From a virus, in the IMG/VR virus record IMGVR_UViG_3300033149_005152, positions 34,586-98,585 of that record: a stretch of 64,000 nt of DNA. One strand, written 5' to 3'. The position numbers were made by a program, and so were the translations under genes. The notes beneath the pieces are model-generated. The model was not told the DNA's origin, ran no database searches, and was given only the letters and a program-made list of their open reading frames with translations. The number at the start of each line of letters is the position of its first letter. Position 1 is the first letter of the stretch. Positions 19,960-30,023 of this stretch are shown here, piece by piece.

Positions 19960-20235
19960 CTATTCATCTTTGTTACCTATTACAATTTTGTATGAAAAAT
20001 CACGTACAAGCTTTTCTAATATAATCATAACATGACTATTTAACTTTTCCCATCTTGTTAAAATATGTTCATTTAAATTCATATATTCTTCATCTCGACC
20101 ATACAAATCTTCAATCCACTTTTTTAGGCTTTCCTGAACTTCTTTTGGGATTTTTTCTACCCTGTTTTCTTGTAGCATTTTTCTTTCCTCCTTTTGGCTT
20201 TTCTTTTTCACTCCCATTCCAATAATCAAGAGCAA
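19960..20235 (-). CDS. hypothetical protein (start probably at internal MLQENR)
   Basis: ORF. Confidence 0.45.
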   Translation of the reverse strand: MLLIIGMGVKKKSQKEERKMLQENRVEKIPKEVQESLKKWIEDLYGRDEEYMNLNEHILTRWEKLNSHVMIILEKLVRDFSYKIVIGNKDE

Positions 20236-20305
20236 TATTTAAAACAATAGCAATAAAATCTATTACTTTTACAATAGGATTCAAAGCTTTTCCAAAATCT
20301 TGCAT
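20111..20305 (-). CDS. hypothetical protein
   Basis: ORF with GGGAG SD; overlaps neighbour. Confidence 0.4.
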   Translation of the reverse strand: MQDFGKALNPIVKVIDFIAIVLNIALDYWNGSEKEKPKGGKKNATRKQGRKNPKRSSGKPKKVD

Positions 20306-20329
20306 TTTTTACTCCCTCTCTTTAATAAT

Positions 20330-20560
20330 TTATGATCCTTTTACTAAATCATCAACAATATATAACACATCACCTTTATAATCATCATCTCTAATTTCCA
20401 CGATCGCCTTATCATCCCAAATAACATCTCTATCCAGCAAATTTTCACCCTCGTCAGATTCGGAGAGCATCACTAAGAGGTTATCTGGATCGTAGGTATA
20501 ATCTCCATCATTAAGACGGACGCTGTCTGGCATTTGATTTAATACGTCTTTGAGTTTCAT
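20330..20560 (-). CDS. small acidic hypothetical protein
   Basis: ORF. Confidence 0.55.
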   Translation of the reverse strand: MKLKDVLNQMPDSVRLNDGDYTYDPDNLLVMLSESDEGENLLDRDVIWDDKAIVEIRDDDYKGDVLYIVDDLVKGS

Positions 20561-20632
20561 TTTAATTCCCTTTCCAAATCCATCGTCATCCCATATACTA
20601 AATGCTGGCGATGTTGATCTTTGTCGCCATCT

Positions 20633-20821
20633 TCATAAATCTACTACTAAATCATCAACAATCTCATACAACTCTCGTTTGAGATTGCATTTTAAATCTA
20701 ACCAATCAAAATCTGAACCGCTTTTTCGTGCTTCTTTAACCTTCTCCATTGCTTCCTTAATATCTCCTATAATTGATCTTCTTGTAGTTTCCCTAATAAA
20801 GGACATATCAAAAATATCCAT
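20633..20821 (-). CDS. hypothetical protein
   Basis: ORF with SD. Confidence 0.5.
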   Translation of the reverse strand: MDIFDMSFIRETTRRSIIGDIKEAMEKVKEARKSGSDFDWLDLKCNLKRELYEIVDDLVVDL

Positions 20822-20891
20822 TTTCTTTCTCCTTTCTTTAATGGTTTGTATCTTTCAACCATTATTTTAACACAACATACCTTTCTTTCAT

Positions 20892-21461
20892 TTACTCAAA
20901 AGTACTCTTACGGGACATCAATAGGGCTAAATGGTCAGGCTTTTGGAACATTGCCATAGGAGCACTTTCTTTGGATCTTTGATGAAGAGTAATATCGTAA
21001 TCACCCTCACCAATATCCATAAAGAATTTATATTCAAAATAATAAGAAGAATCTAATCCCATTAATCGGGAAAATTTATTATAAGTTTGATCATTAATTG
21101 CTACTTGTCTCAACTCAATTTTAAGTCCATTCGTTGGAATAATACTTTCCCATTTAAATACATCAATATTTTCCTTCCTAACTCTTTTTAATGCAACTTG
21201 TGTTTTTGTGTTTATTTCAACTTTATATTGCCCCTCTGGATATCCCATTCTTGTTTTGAACGCATGAAGTCTAAATCTATCCGTTCCTACAAAATATCCT
21301 TTATCATAGATTAAATAACTATATCTTAAATCACGTTTGTTAATCGCCCTAACTACCCACAACACACCTTCAACATCCACCATTTCTGAATGTTTCTCTT
21401 TTTTAAACATAAACATTTCACCCATATCTATTTTCCCTTCCTCTCTTTTAATGTTTTCCAT
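20892..21461 (-). CDS. hypothetical protein, weak beta-clamp-like motif (GTDRFRLH)
   Basis: Resembles the ATDGHRL motif; weak. Confidence 0.45.
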   Translation of the reverse strand: MENIKREEGKIDMGEMFMFKKEKHSEMVDVEGVLWVVRAINKRDLRYSYLIYDKGYFVGTDRFRLHAFKTRMGYPEGQYKVEINTKTQVALKRVRKENIDVFKWESIIPTNGLKIELRQVAINDQTYNKFSRLMGLDSSYYFEYKFFMDIGEGDYDITLHQRSKESAPMAMFQKPDHLALLMSRKSTFE

Positions 21462-21500
21462 TTTCTTCCTCCCTTTCCTAAAATTTTTTATAATTAATCT

Positions 21501-21863
21501 CTACCCCCAAAAAGATTGACCATCAAATTCAACTTCAGTATAATTCTGCTTTAATTGTTCCGCCGCCGCATTCCAATCAATATGATTTGCAGGCCAATTT
21601 TGATTTCTATCAATAGCTCCAACATCTTCAGCAAGTTCTTGTGCATATTCTTCAAAATAATCATCATTAATAAGGCAAACTCCATATTTCATTACTTCTG
21701 CAGAAAAAGTCTCCTCTATTTCGTTCTTAAATTCTTTTAATTTTTCTAATTCCTCTTTATCTTCATCAAAAGATTCATCATTTATCACATCTTCAAGGTA
21801 TTCTATATACTCAATAAGGTCTCTACTGTCAATAATTTTATCGCAATTAGTAATCTCTCTCAT
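21501..21863 (-). CDS. acidic ArdA-like protein (possible anti-restriction DNA mimic)
   Basis: Highly acidic; FEEYAQELAED...IDWNAAAEQL resembles the ArdA C-terminal motif. Confidence 0.55.
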   Translation of the reverse strand: MREITNCDKIIDSRDLIEYIEYLEDVINDESFDEDKEELEKLKEFKNEIEETFSAEVMKYGVCLINDDYFEEYAQELAEDVGAIDRNQNWPANHIDWNAAAEQLKQNYTEVEFDGQSFWG

Positions 21864-21865
21864 TT

Positions 21866-22063
21866 CTAATCCTCCTTGTCCTCGCCATAAGTTGTAACTA
21901 TATCAATAACACCACCTTCTTTACGAACATCAATATCCATTTTTACAACATCCTCCTTATCATCTCTATATATAAGAATATCAAATAACATATTACCACC
22001 ATCATAAATAATTATTTGTTTCAATTCAGTTCCACTATGCACATGAATAACACGAGTATTCAT
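21866..22063 (-). CDS. hypothetical protein
   Basis: ORF. Confidence 0.5.
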   Translation of the reverse strand: MNTRVIHVHSGTELKQIIIYDGGNMLFDILIYRDDKEDVVKMDIDVRKEGGVIDIVTTYGEDKED

Positions 22064-22065
22064 TT

Positions 22066-22290
22066 TTAATTCTCCTCACCGTTTTTAATATTTACTTGAT
22101 TAAAAGAAAATTCATAAATTTCAGAACCTTCTTTTCCACAATTCTCACAATGAAATTTATACCCAGGAATATTAAAATCCCAACATCCATCTGCAACATA
22201 TTCACTCCCACAATAAGGGCATATCCCTGCTTCATAATTTACATATACCTTTCCTTCTCCAGGAATTATACGTAAATTTTCCTCTCTCAT
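22066..22290 (-). CDS. zinc-ribbon protein
   Basis: CPYCGS...CENCG. Confidence 0.6.
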   Translation of the reverse strand: MREENLRIIPGEGKVYVNYEAGICPYCGSEYVADGCWDFNIPGYKFHCENCGKEGSEIYEFSFNQVNIKNGEEN

Positions 22291-22312
22291 TTTTAATTCT
22301 CCTTTTCATTTA

Positions 22313-23221
22313 TCAGTCTATTTGGCCGTCCACCGTCCAACTTCCCAAATGGGTTGATTCAACAGCCAAATGCCAAGTTTCCCCTAATTTAAGCATTTTG
22401 TGATCTCCGTTCCTATGCCTTACAGTACCTCTTACTAATACAGATTTACCTATTGAGACCCAATCTCTAACCATATGATTACGATCATATTTACCATTTA
22501 AATGTGTTTGTTTTACTATATCTTTTTTCATTACATGCTTTGTTTTCTTACTCAAGTTATTTACAGGAACAAAAAACCACTCTCCTTGTCTCTTATACGA
22601 ATATTTTCTCTTTTTAACAATTGGAGGAACAAGAGAATCAAATGCTTCTTTTATAGTAGCTACCTTGTGAGGAAGCATAGTTAAAAAATAGTTATAATTC
22701 TCCATTGAAGATAGATAATATTCATCATCACCATGACGAGAATATTTTAGGACACAAGTCTCGGGACGATACTCTTTTTTATATTCATCACACACCGATA
22801 TTTGTTTAACAGATAAAAAATCATACAAATCTTGGGAAATTCTTTTTCCAGTTTTCTTATGAACATAATCCCATTCTAAAGCTTCATGACTATTATAATA
22901 ATCAACTAAGGATACTTTTCCGGCAAGAAGTATATCATCAACAAGACGAGAAATACCAGCACGAAAAGCCCTCTGCAAAGCACTAAATGGAATTTGAACC
23001 GTTGCATATTCAAAACAGGAAGATTGATGACTACTCGTAGTTACACTATACTTATCTGCATTTAATAAAAATTTATCCTTACCCCAATTTCTCATTCTAA
23101 CCAACAATGGAAAATGGTATCCATAAGAATATAAAACATCTCCGCTAATGAACATGTGTCCAGATTTACCATTTTCTCCCCCAATAAATCTTTTTATAAC
23201 TTCACTATTTGTTAACTTCAT
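22313..23221 (-). CDS. hypothetical phage protein
   Basis: LYSYGYHFPL, YSVTTSSHQ, RQGEWFFVP and RGTVRH motifs; long ORF. Confidence 0.7.
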   Translation of the reverse strand: MKLTNSEVIKRFIGGENGKSGHMFISGDVLYSYGYHFPLLVRMRNWGKDKFLLNADKYSVTTSSHQSSCFEYATVQIPFSALQRAFRAGISRLVDDILLAGKVSLVDYYNSHEALEWDYVHKKTGKRISQDLYDFLSVKQISVCDEYKKEYRPETCVLKYSRHGDDEYYLSSMENYNYFLTMLPHKVATIKEAFDSLVPPIVKKRKYSYKRQGEWFFVPVNNLSKKTKHVMKKDIVKQTHLNGKYDRNHMVRDWVSIGKSVLVRGTVRHRNGDHKMLKLGETWHLAVESTHLGSWTVDGQID

Positions 23222-23418
23222 CTTAATTCTCCTTTCTTACTTAGGATGTTATTGTATGATCTCACTGTATGTTTACATCTATTACAAGTAATAGCCCAAG
23301 TTATACGCCTATAAATTTTTCTTCCACAATCACATTTTTCATAAACAGTAGGCAACGGAGGCCACATATCAAACAATATATGAGCTTTCCATGCTCGTCT
23401 ATATTCAGATATTGTCAT
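23218..23418 (-). CDS. small zinc-ribbon protein
   Basis: CDCG...CNRC. Confidence 0.5.
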   Translation of the reverse strand: MTISEYRRAWKAHILFDMWPPLPTVYEKCDCGRKIYRRITWAITCNRCKHTVRSYNNILSKKGELR

Positions 23419-23645
23419 TTTAATTCTTCCTCCTTTTCAAAATAGGATATTGTTATAATCTCTAATCGAATTTACCATTAAGAAGTAAAGAAAAGGTAAT
23501 ACATTAATAACAAATCCACATCCTAATATACCGTAAAAAAGATAATCTTCCCAATTTTCCATTAATCGTTTACCTCCTTATTTTTGTGTAAATAACTTTT
23601 CATTTTCTTAACTTTTTCTCTCAATACACAAATCCAACCAGCTCA

Positions 23646-23846
23646 TCATAAATCAATATCTTCCAAGTATGATATTATTATTTTAATAATGATATACCTC
23701 TTTCCATAATTATTACCATAATATTCAACAGCATTTAATAAATCTTTTTTACTTGTACGTTTTAACCATTTTTTAAAATCACTTATATTCCCATTAATTA
23801 GAGTATCAATAGCTTCCTCTGCTGATCTTTTCGTATCTTTTTTCAT
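23646..23846 (-). CDS. hypothetical protein
   Basis: ORF with GGAGG SD. Confidence 0.55.
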   Translation of the reverse strand: MKKDTKRSAEEAIDTLINGNISDFKKWLKRTSKKDLLNAVEYYGNNYGKRYIIIKIIISYLEDIDL

Positions 23847-23858
23847 TTTAAACCTCCG

Positions 23859-24050
23859 TCAATAAGTTCTCCCACAATCTACTTCATCAAATCCATTTAT
23901 TCTTATTCTTTCCTTTAAAACCTTAAAATATTCCTGCCTCTTAAATAAAAATTCTTTTTCTTCTTTTGATATAGAGACAAACTTGCCCCTTTTCGTTCCA
24001 AACAATTTCCCGTCTTTTCCTTTAACAACCCTACATTCAAATATATTCAT
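23859..24050 (-). CDS. hypothetical protein
   Basis: ORF with SD. Confidence 0.5.
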   Translation of the reverse strand: MNIFECRVVKGKDGKLFGTKRGKFVSISKEEKEFLFKRQEYFKVLKERIRINGFDEVDCGRTY

Positions 24051-24368
24051 CTCAATCTTCCTCCCTTACCTTTATAAACAACTAAAAGTATGGCGTGGCT
24101 GTTGACTTTGTTCTACCACAAAACCCCTCATACAGAAGATTTTTTTAAGAAATCTTAACATCTTTTTAATCACTTTTCAACTTTAATCCTCTTTTTTAAT
24201 CAAACTTTCCTTCAAAAAATCAGGCCACGACTTCAATATTTTCCCATTGATATTATTTTTACCTCCATGTTCTTGAACAAACTTATACCAAATCTTCATT
24301 ATTAATTTTACATTTTTTTCAATATCAGTCATTGATTTCCCCCCTTTTTATAATATGCGTTAATTATT

Positions 24369-24575
24369 CTATCCTTTTAAATTTAATACTTCAACATTCG
24401 TTATTTCCTTAACATTTATCTTTCTACAAGCGGTCTCTATTTTAATATCAAAAACATCAACTTTTTTTTGTGTTATTGTCAATTCGTGTTTTAAATTTCC
24501 AAGATAAAGGTGAAGATTTAAAATATCTCCATCTTTAAAATCATCAACATCATCACAAAATCTCAACATATTCAT
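24369..24575 (-). CDS. hypothetical protein
   Basis: ORF with SD. Confidence 0.5.
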   Translation of the reverse strand: MNMLRFCDDVDDFKDGDILNLHLYLGNLKHELTITQKKVDVFDIKIETACRKINVKEITNVEVLNLKG

Positions 24576-24800
24576 TTTTATCTACTCCCTATATTAATTA
24601 GCATATAAAACATATTGCCTCCCACGCAACCCAGGAAACAACATCCTTTCCTCGTGCCCTATCTTAAATATAGGATTTCCATATACATCCTTTTCGTCAA
24701 ACTGGCCTATTTTATACAAATATTCAAAATAGGCCCTATAATCTCCTTTAAATTTTAATTCTATCATAACATCTTCCCCTAATTCAATTTAGTTGTTTAT

Positions 24801-25112
24801 TTAATCAATTACACCACCAATAACATATTCATCGGGTGCAGAATATAAACAACTTGCCGCACTAACCTCTGCAATCTCTCTTAGTTCCTCTGCGCATGTA
24901 TCCATAATGTACTCATGCGCAAACCAAGGAGTCTTCATTCTCTCCGCTTGTTCAAATGCTTTATCTATTTTGTCTTGCAATTCCTCATCAAACATTAAAA
25001 ATCCCTCAACTATATCCTGTAATAACCTGTTTAAGAAAATTTTAACAGCCTTCTCTTTTTGTTTTTCTGTTAATTCACTATAACTTTTCATCTTAAACCC
25101 TCCAATAATCAT
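24801..25112 (-). CDS. hypothetical protein (start probably MKSYSEL)
   Basis: ORF; GGAGG precedes the internal ATG. Confidence 0.6.
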   Translation of the reverse strand: MIIGGFKMKSYSELTEKQKEKAVKIFLNRLLQDIVEGFLMFDEELQDKIDKAFEQAERMKTPWFAHEYIMDTCAEELREIAEVSAASCLYSAPDEYVIGGVID

Positions 25113-25288
25113 TTAGTTGTTTTTGTCAGGCAAGAATATATCTGTAAAAACATTTGTCATATATCCTTGCTATCTTCCATGCTGTTTTTAACTTTAACCC
25201 ACAATCACGCAATCTACAAAATACATGTTGTGGGTTAAAATAATGTCTTATTGTATCCATGACATTCCCTTAATTCTTAATTGTTTAA

Positions 25289-26320
25289 TTATGCTGACCA
25301 AATAGCCGACAACTTTCGGATTAACCAATTTCGTTTTTCTGCTTTCTTATTAACTCTACGATTCCCGTTATTAACCTTATTGTTAACCTTATTATCATTA
25401 TAAGGTTTAGTTGTCCGGTTATTTTTGTTACATCCTTCATGTGCCGCATAATATCTTCCCTTATACCTCCATAATTTTCCAGTTCCTTTCTTGACAATAC
25501 CGCCACAATAAACGCAGTTCGTATCATATTTCGTAGTCCATTTTCCACCATTACCGTTAACTTTTGCAGTACTATTTTTTGCAGTTTCCTTTACCGGCTT
25601 GTTTTTACTTCCCACAGGACGACCCCGTTTTTTTACAGTTTCCCTTATTTCTGGTTTACTTTTCCTATTTTTACTTCCTACGGGACGACCCCGCTTTTTT
25701 ACAATTTCCTTTACTTCCGGCTTGCTCTTAGGCTTCCTGTCAACCGGTTTAAACCGTGAATAGTTATTGGCAAGACATTCAGCACATACTTTATGCTTAC
25801 CCTTAAACCGGCCTAAATTACAAGTTTCAAGTTTTTCGCAAGTTTTTACCTTTGCGACTTTAGCCGTCTTTTTTACTTTCTTACTCATAATTCTAACTCC
25901 CTTCTTTTCTTTGCGGTTAATTTTTTCAACCTTACTCTCAACTGTATGAACAGGTGAAAGTTCGGCAACATCATTGACTTTTGCTTTTGCCTTGACCTTC
26001 CTTTTTACCCCTTCCCTTTTAATAAGTTTAGGCTTTTCAACAATCCGCAAAGTATTATTTCGCATAATGACCTTGCTTTCTATTTTATCGTCCTCATAAA
26101 CCTTAAAATAATACTTCCCGTCTTTTGAGAGTTTAAACCCTTCTCTCAATTTAAAATTATCTTCATTGCCAGGTATGCCATATTTTATCAAAGGTTGACT
26201 ATACTTACAATTGGAACACTCATTTATTAATGATTTGCAAACAGCGCACTTATTATCTTTTAACACAATAGTTTCCTTTTTCATTTTTTCCTTCCTTTCA
26301 TCAACGAGACACAATCCCAT
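25289..26320 (-). CDS. basic DNA-binding protein with two AT-hook-like KKRGRPVGSKN repeats and Cys/His Zn motifs
   Basis: Duplicated 63-bp unit; CxxC motifs; C-terminal CVYCG...H.GC. Confidence 0.7.
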   Translation of the reverse strand: MGLCLVDERKEKMKKETIVLKDNKCAVCKSLINECSNCKYSQPLIKYGIPGNEDNFKLREGFKLSKDGKYYFKVYEDDKIESKVIMRNNTLRIVEKPKLIKREGVKRKVKAKAKVNDVAELSPVHTVESKVEKINRKEKKGVRIMSKKVKKTAKVAKVKTCEKLETCNLGRFKGKHKVCAECLANNYSRFKPVDRKPKSKPEVKEIVKKRGRPVGSKNRKSKPEIRETVKKRGRPVGSKNKPVKETAKNSTAKVNGNGGKWTTKYDTNCVYCGGIVKKGTGKLWRYKGRYYAAHEGCNKNNRTTKPYNDNKVNNKVNNGNRRVNKKAEKRNWLIRKLSAIWSA

Positions 26321-26472
26321 GTTATGCTTTACATCAAAGCACCTCTCTCATACCTATGCACGGTTGAAAGTATCGCACCGTTAAGCCATTTGCTTTCCTA
26401 ACCGGATACCAAGAGCAAGGGATAATAGCTCATGACCCCCTATTATATAATAAGGTGTAGCGGCAATATATC

Positions 26473-26606
26473 TTGTCCACAAAACTATTGAAAAACATAC
26501 AGAAATACCTATAGAGAAAAAAAATAAAAAAAATCAAAAAATAATTAATTAAGTGGACAAAAAGTGGACAAAGTTGTGAAATAAATTAATTGATTTATTG
26601 GACAAA
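26473..26606. repeat. cluster of (G)TGGACAA motifs, 3 direct and 1 inverted, in A-tract-rich intergenic DNA
   Basis: TTGTCCAC at 26473; GTGGACAA near 26553 and 26564; TGGACAA near 26599. Confidence 0.7.
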
Positions 26607-26630
26607 AAAAGAAAAGTTATTTAAGGTAAG

Positions 26631-26658
26631 AAGGGGAAATAATTCAATATTTCCCCTT
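26631..26658 (-). terminator. intrinsic terminator ending the tail/late operon
   Basis: 11-bp stem AAGGGGAAATA / TATTTCCCCTT 10 bp after the last tail gene; T-rich sequence further downstream on the minus strand. Confidence 0.75.
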
Positions 26659-26668
26659 GTTGATTTGA

Positions 26669-28723
26669 TTAAATGAACCAAGATATTCTATTCGGAACTA
26701 TCAAAACATTTAATGCACCAGTAGAAGTGAATGTAATAGCAATTTCTCCACTAATAGCTCGTATACCGGCTATTCTATTAGCAGTCAAAGCGGAAGCAAT
26801 ATCAATATCTCCACTAATAGCCCACACACCGGCTATCTTATTAGCAGTTAAAGCAGAAACAATATCAATATCTCCCGTTAATTTTTGCGAAAGTTTTAAT
26901 TTATCCGCAGTTAAAGAAGAAGTTATAGCAATATTACCTATCATTTCTTTTAAAATCTTTATTTCAGTAGCATTTAAAGAAGAAGTTATATCAATACTAC
27001 CTGTCATTGCTTTTGAAAGTTTTATTTTAGATGCAAGTAAATCAGACTCTATTTCTATAATACCATCCATTTTTTTTGAAAGTTTTATAACAGGAGCAGT
27101 CAAGGCAGATGTTATATTAATATCTCCGCCTAAGCACCATAAACCAGCCAAATTTGCTTCCGAACTAGATTTTATTATTACACTACCGTCTAATTTTTGC
27201 GAAAGTTTTAATTTATCAGCAGTTAAAGTAGATTCTATCCCCATATTTCCCGTTACTTTTCTTAATGCCTTCATTCCAGTTGCAGATAATGCTAATGTAA
27301 TATCTGATGAACCAGTCATTAAAATAGGAGCTGTACAAATAACAGACAAATAAGGATCATTATCAGTACCTTCATAATCACTTGCACGACACGACATCAC
27401 ATTTACATCTGTAGAACCCCATCCAGGATTATCATCACTCAAATCCGCAGCACACCTAATACCATGACGTGTATTACCAGTAGTACTGATGCTATTCTTC
27501 CCCGCTGTGTTGAGTGTTATTTCGTTATAACCATCTGTAACGAAATCGCCATATGCTATGCTCCCAAAGTCTGTTGTACCGAGAGAGTCGAAGTCCCCAT
27601 CTACTAAGTCGTCATCGCTTGCTGGGTTTGACGAAACAATATGCGCCTTACCTTCATCTTCTGTGAAGGATTCTAAAGATTTATAAGTACCCCGCAAATG
27701 CCAGGATGCAGCAGTTACTACCCCAGACAAAGAAGATGTATCTACTACGAGAATTCCACGATACAAGTCGCTCCAATAATTGGTGTGGTTATATTTTCCT
27801 ACCGCCCGCCACATATACATAGCAGTATCAGTGTCATTATTAACATTACCAGACGCACTACGTATTGCAGACCAAGTAAGATCAGTAGACCCCTGTCCCA
27901 CTTCCCCATCAACCGTTGTGCCTGGAACAGGATAAAAATCAGTATCACAATAAACAGGAAATACAACATCATCAAAAAAAACAGCAGGAATATATTTTGT
28001 TATAATAAGTTTTCCTTTTTTTAATTTTGCTGTAGTCCGAACAAAAGCACTTTTTCGCTCAATAGGGTTACTATCCCATATTCTTGCTTTTCCTAAAATA
28101 ATTTCTCTTGATAAACTATCTTTTTTCAAAATTGTTAATTTATCAGTTAATATAGTACCAGCTTCAGAAATAGAAATACTAGATGTCCATTCTCCTTGAA
28201 AATTAACTTCAAAAGAAAAAGAAACATCCTTTACCGGAGCCTTATTAATTCTAATTAATTTTCTTAATCTCGGTGGATTTCCATGATGAGAATTTAAAAC
28301 GTAATCAACACCACTTCCAAAAGCATCTTTAAATATCACTTTATCTTGTTCTATAATACCACTTACTCTATTAATATCAACTGGCTTAACATCTAATGCA
28401 AATTCAGGCTCGTTTATGATAGTTTTAGAAGATGCTCTAAGTCTTTCTTTATCAGGAGGAGATATTTTAAATTTACTGTTTGCAGAAAATTGTAAAACTT
28501 CATCTGAATTTTTTGGAAAAACACAAGAAAAAACAGACTTATCCATCTGCCATATTCCAGATTTTTCCTCAACACGCATATCTATATCTCGCCAGTCAGA
28601 TTCTAAATCTGCAAGATAATGAATTTGTTTAATATGAAATTCGGTAGTTAATCCTGGAGAAGTTCTTTTAAAAGTTTTACTATTCCAATTTCTTTTACTT
28701 ATAATTTCTGCCATTAAATCCAC
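26669..28723 (-). CDS. putative virion/tail-associated protein with ~10 C-terminal 21-aa repeats
   Basis: Last gene of the tail module; central beta-rich domain ending PYLSV; repeats like TGDIDIVSALTANKIAGVWAI. Confidence 0.65.
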   Translation of the reverse strand: MDLMAEIISKRNWNSKTFKRTSPGLTTEFHIKQIHYLADLESDWRDIDMRVEEKSGIWQMDKSVFSCVFPKNSDEVLQFSANSKFKISPPDKERLRASSKTIINEPEFALDVKPVDINRVSGIIEQDKVIFKDAFGSGVDYVLNSHHGNPPRLRKLIRINKAPVKDVSFSFEVNFQGEWTSSISISEAGTILTDKLTILKKDSLSREIILGKARIWDSNPIERKSAFVRTTAKLKKGKLIITKYIPAVFFDDVVFPVYCDTDFYPVPGTTVDGEVGQGSTDLTWSAIRSASGNVNNDTDTAMYMWRAVGKYNHTNYWSDLYRGILVVDTSSLSGVVTAASWHLRGTYKSLESFTEDEGKAHIVSSNPASDDDLVDGDFDSLGTTDFGSIAYGDFVTDGYNEITLNTAGKNSISTTGNTRHGIRCAADLSDDNPGWGSTDVNVMSCRASDYEGTDNDPYLSVICTAPILMTGSSDITLALSATGMKALRKVTGNMGIESTLTADKLKLSQKLDGSVIIKSSSEANLAGLWCLGGDINITSALTAPVIKLSKKMDGIIEIESDLLASKIKLSKAMTGSIDITSSLNATEIKILKEMIGNIAITSSLTADKLKLSQKLTGDIDIVSALTANKIAGVWAISGDIDIASALTANRIAGIRAISGEIAITFTSTGALNVLIVPNRISWFI

Positions 28724-28724
28724 C

Positions 28725-30023
28725 TTATTTATAAAATGTCATTAAAACTGTTAATCCGTAAGGAGCTACATCAGTCACAGCATCTATATCTACATAAATT
28801 ATATCTCCTGTTAACACATCATCATTATTGGTATCTATCGTACAAGTAGAAGAACTATAAACATCAACAGCTAATTGAATTTTAGAAGTTAACATATCAA
28901 CATCAACACCGTTCCTCCTGCGTCTTAATTGAATATCGGTCGTATTTCCAGTTGTACCAGGTGTATGAACTATTGCTAAAACTTCTATCAAGTTTAATCC
29001 GTTTAAATCTGATGGAATACCCACAGGAATTGTTCCATCTCCCACGGTCACGTAATCATTTGATTTAAATGGAGCAAACGAAACACTTCTTTTTCTTGAG
29101 TTAGGATAAACCCTTCTATCCGAAATATTGGAGCTTTCCATGTAATCTTCATTTGCTGCTATATATACATTCGCAAGAGGAGCACATAAATTCGGAGTAT
29201 TAGGAACAACGGGATCTGCTGCCGGTGTACCTTTTGAAACAACAATTGTTCCATTTTTAGTTAAATAAACCAAATCATATCTTGGATGTGTAGCATCAGC
29301 AGTTTCTATTTCTATACTAGCAAAACATGTAGATTTAGATACAGTTAAAATAACAGCATACGCATCAACATAAGCAATATTACAATTTTCGTAATCTTCA
29401 TTTTGTACAGTATTTTCAGTTGCCGTTTCCGCAGTTACAGTTAAATACATGGACTCTATAGTATATGCTTGTGATCCGGCAGAGGGTGAACCAGTTACAG
29501 TGATCGTAGTATCCGTATTTGCAGTAATAGGATACCTTGTGCCATCCACGTTTAATACCCAGTTAGTTTTCCACTGGTCAGTAGTCCATGCCCTATTAGA
29601 ATCCGTCAAAACACTTCCGGAAACTGTACCAGTACCAGAAGCATGAATAGTATATGCCTGTGATCCGGCAGAAGGTGAACCAGTTACAGTAATAGTAGTT
29701 GCATCATTATCTATAATATTATATTCAACACTATCAATTAAAATATTAAACCCAATCCACTGATCAGGAATCCAAGACTTTGAAGTATCAGTTAATACGC
29801 TTGCAGAAACAGTTCCAGTTCCAGTATCAGAAGCAGATTCCACTATTTTAAATCCAGCAATAATTAATTCAGGCCCATGAACATATCGAAATATATTTTT
29901 TGGATCATAATTATTTATATCTGTTTCTAAAGCAAGAATATCAGCAGTATTTGTTGCAATATTAGCCGCATTTATAGCTACATTTGCGGTATTTGTATCT
30001 ATATCTTCTCTAAGAGTTCCCAT
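28725..30023 (-). CDS. tail fibre-like protein
   Basis: N-terminal coiled coil, duplicated LTD.S..W..DQW module, ADATHPRYDLV...GTPAADPVVP motif typical of tail fibre/baseplate proteins. Confidence 0.7.
   Translation of the reverse strand: MGTLREDIDTNTANVAINAANIATNTADILALETDINNYDPKNIFRYVHGPELIIAGFKIVESASDTGTGTVSASVLTDTSKSWIPDQWIGFNILIDSVEYNIIDNDATTITVTGSPSAGSQAYTIHASGTGTVSGSVLTDSNRAWTTDQWKTNWVLNVDGTRYPITANTDTTITVTGSPSAGSQAYTIESMYLTVTAETATENTVQNEDYENCNIAYVDAYAVILTVSKSTCFASIEIETADATHPRYDLVYLTKNGTIVVSKGTPAADPVVPNTPNLCAPLANVYIAANEDYMESSNISDRRVYPNSRKRSVSFAPFKSNDYVTVGDGTIPVGIPSDLNGLNLIEVLAIVHTPGTTGNTTDIQLRRRRNGVDVDMLTSKIQLAVDVYSSSTCTIDTNNDDVLTGDIIYVDIDAVTDVAPYGLTVLMTFYK
29459..29700. repeat. internal ~50-bp direct repeat (189-bp period) marking a duplicated 63-aa module
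   Basis: GTATATGC.TGTGATCCGGCAGA.GGTGAACCAGTTACAGT at ~29461 and ~29650. Confidence 0.85.

Noticed and set aside
24704-24735. 10-bp inverted repeat GGCCTATTTT/AAAATAGGCC
   Set aside because: It lies inside a small open reading frame (~24595-24767), has no U-tract and no second copy; function unsupported.
25321-25551. Nested minus-strand ORF inside the 25289 gene
   Set aside because: Fully overlapped alternative frame with no SD or motif support.
29459-29700. Repeat pairs (here and 62801/63705) as DGR template/variable repeats
   Set aside because: No reverse transcriptase in the window, the repeats are not at C-terminal lectin tips, and one pair differs by an indel.
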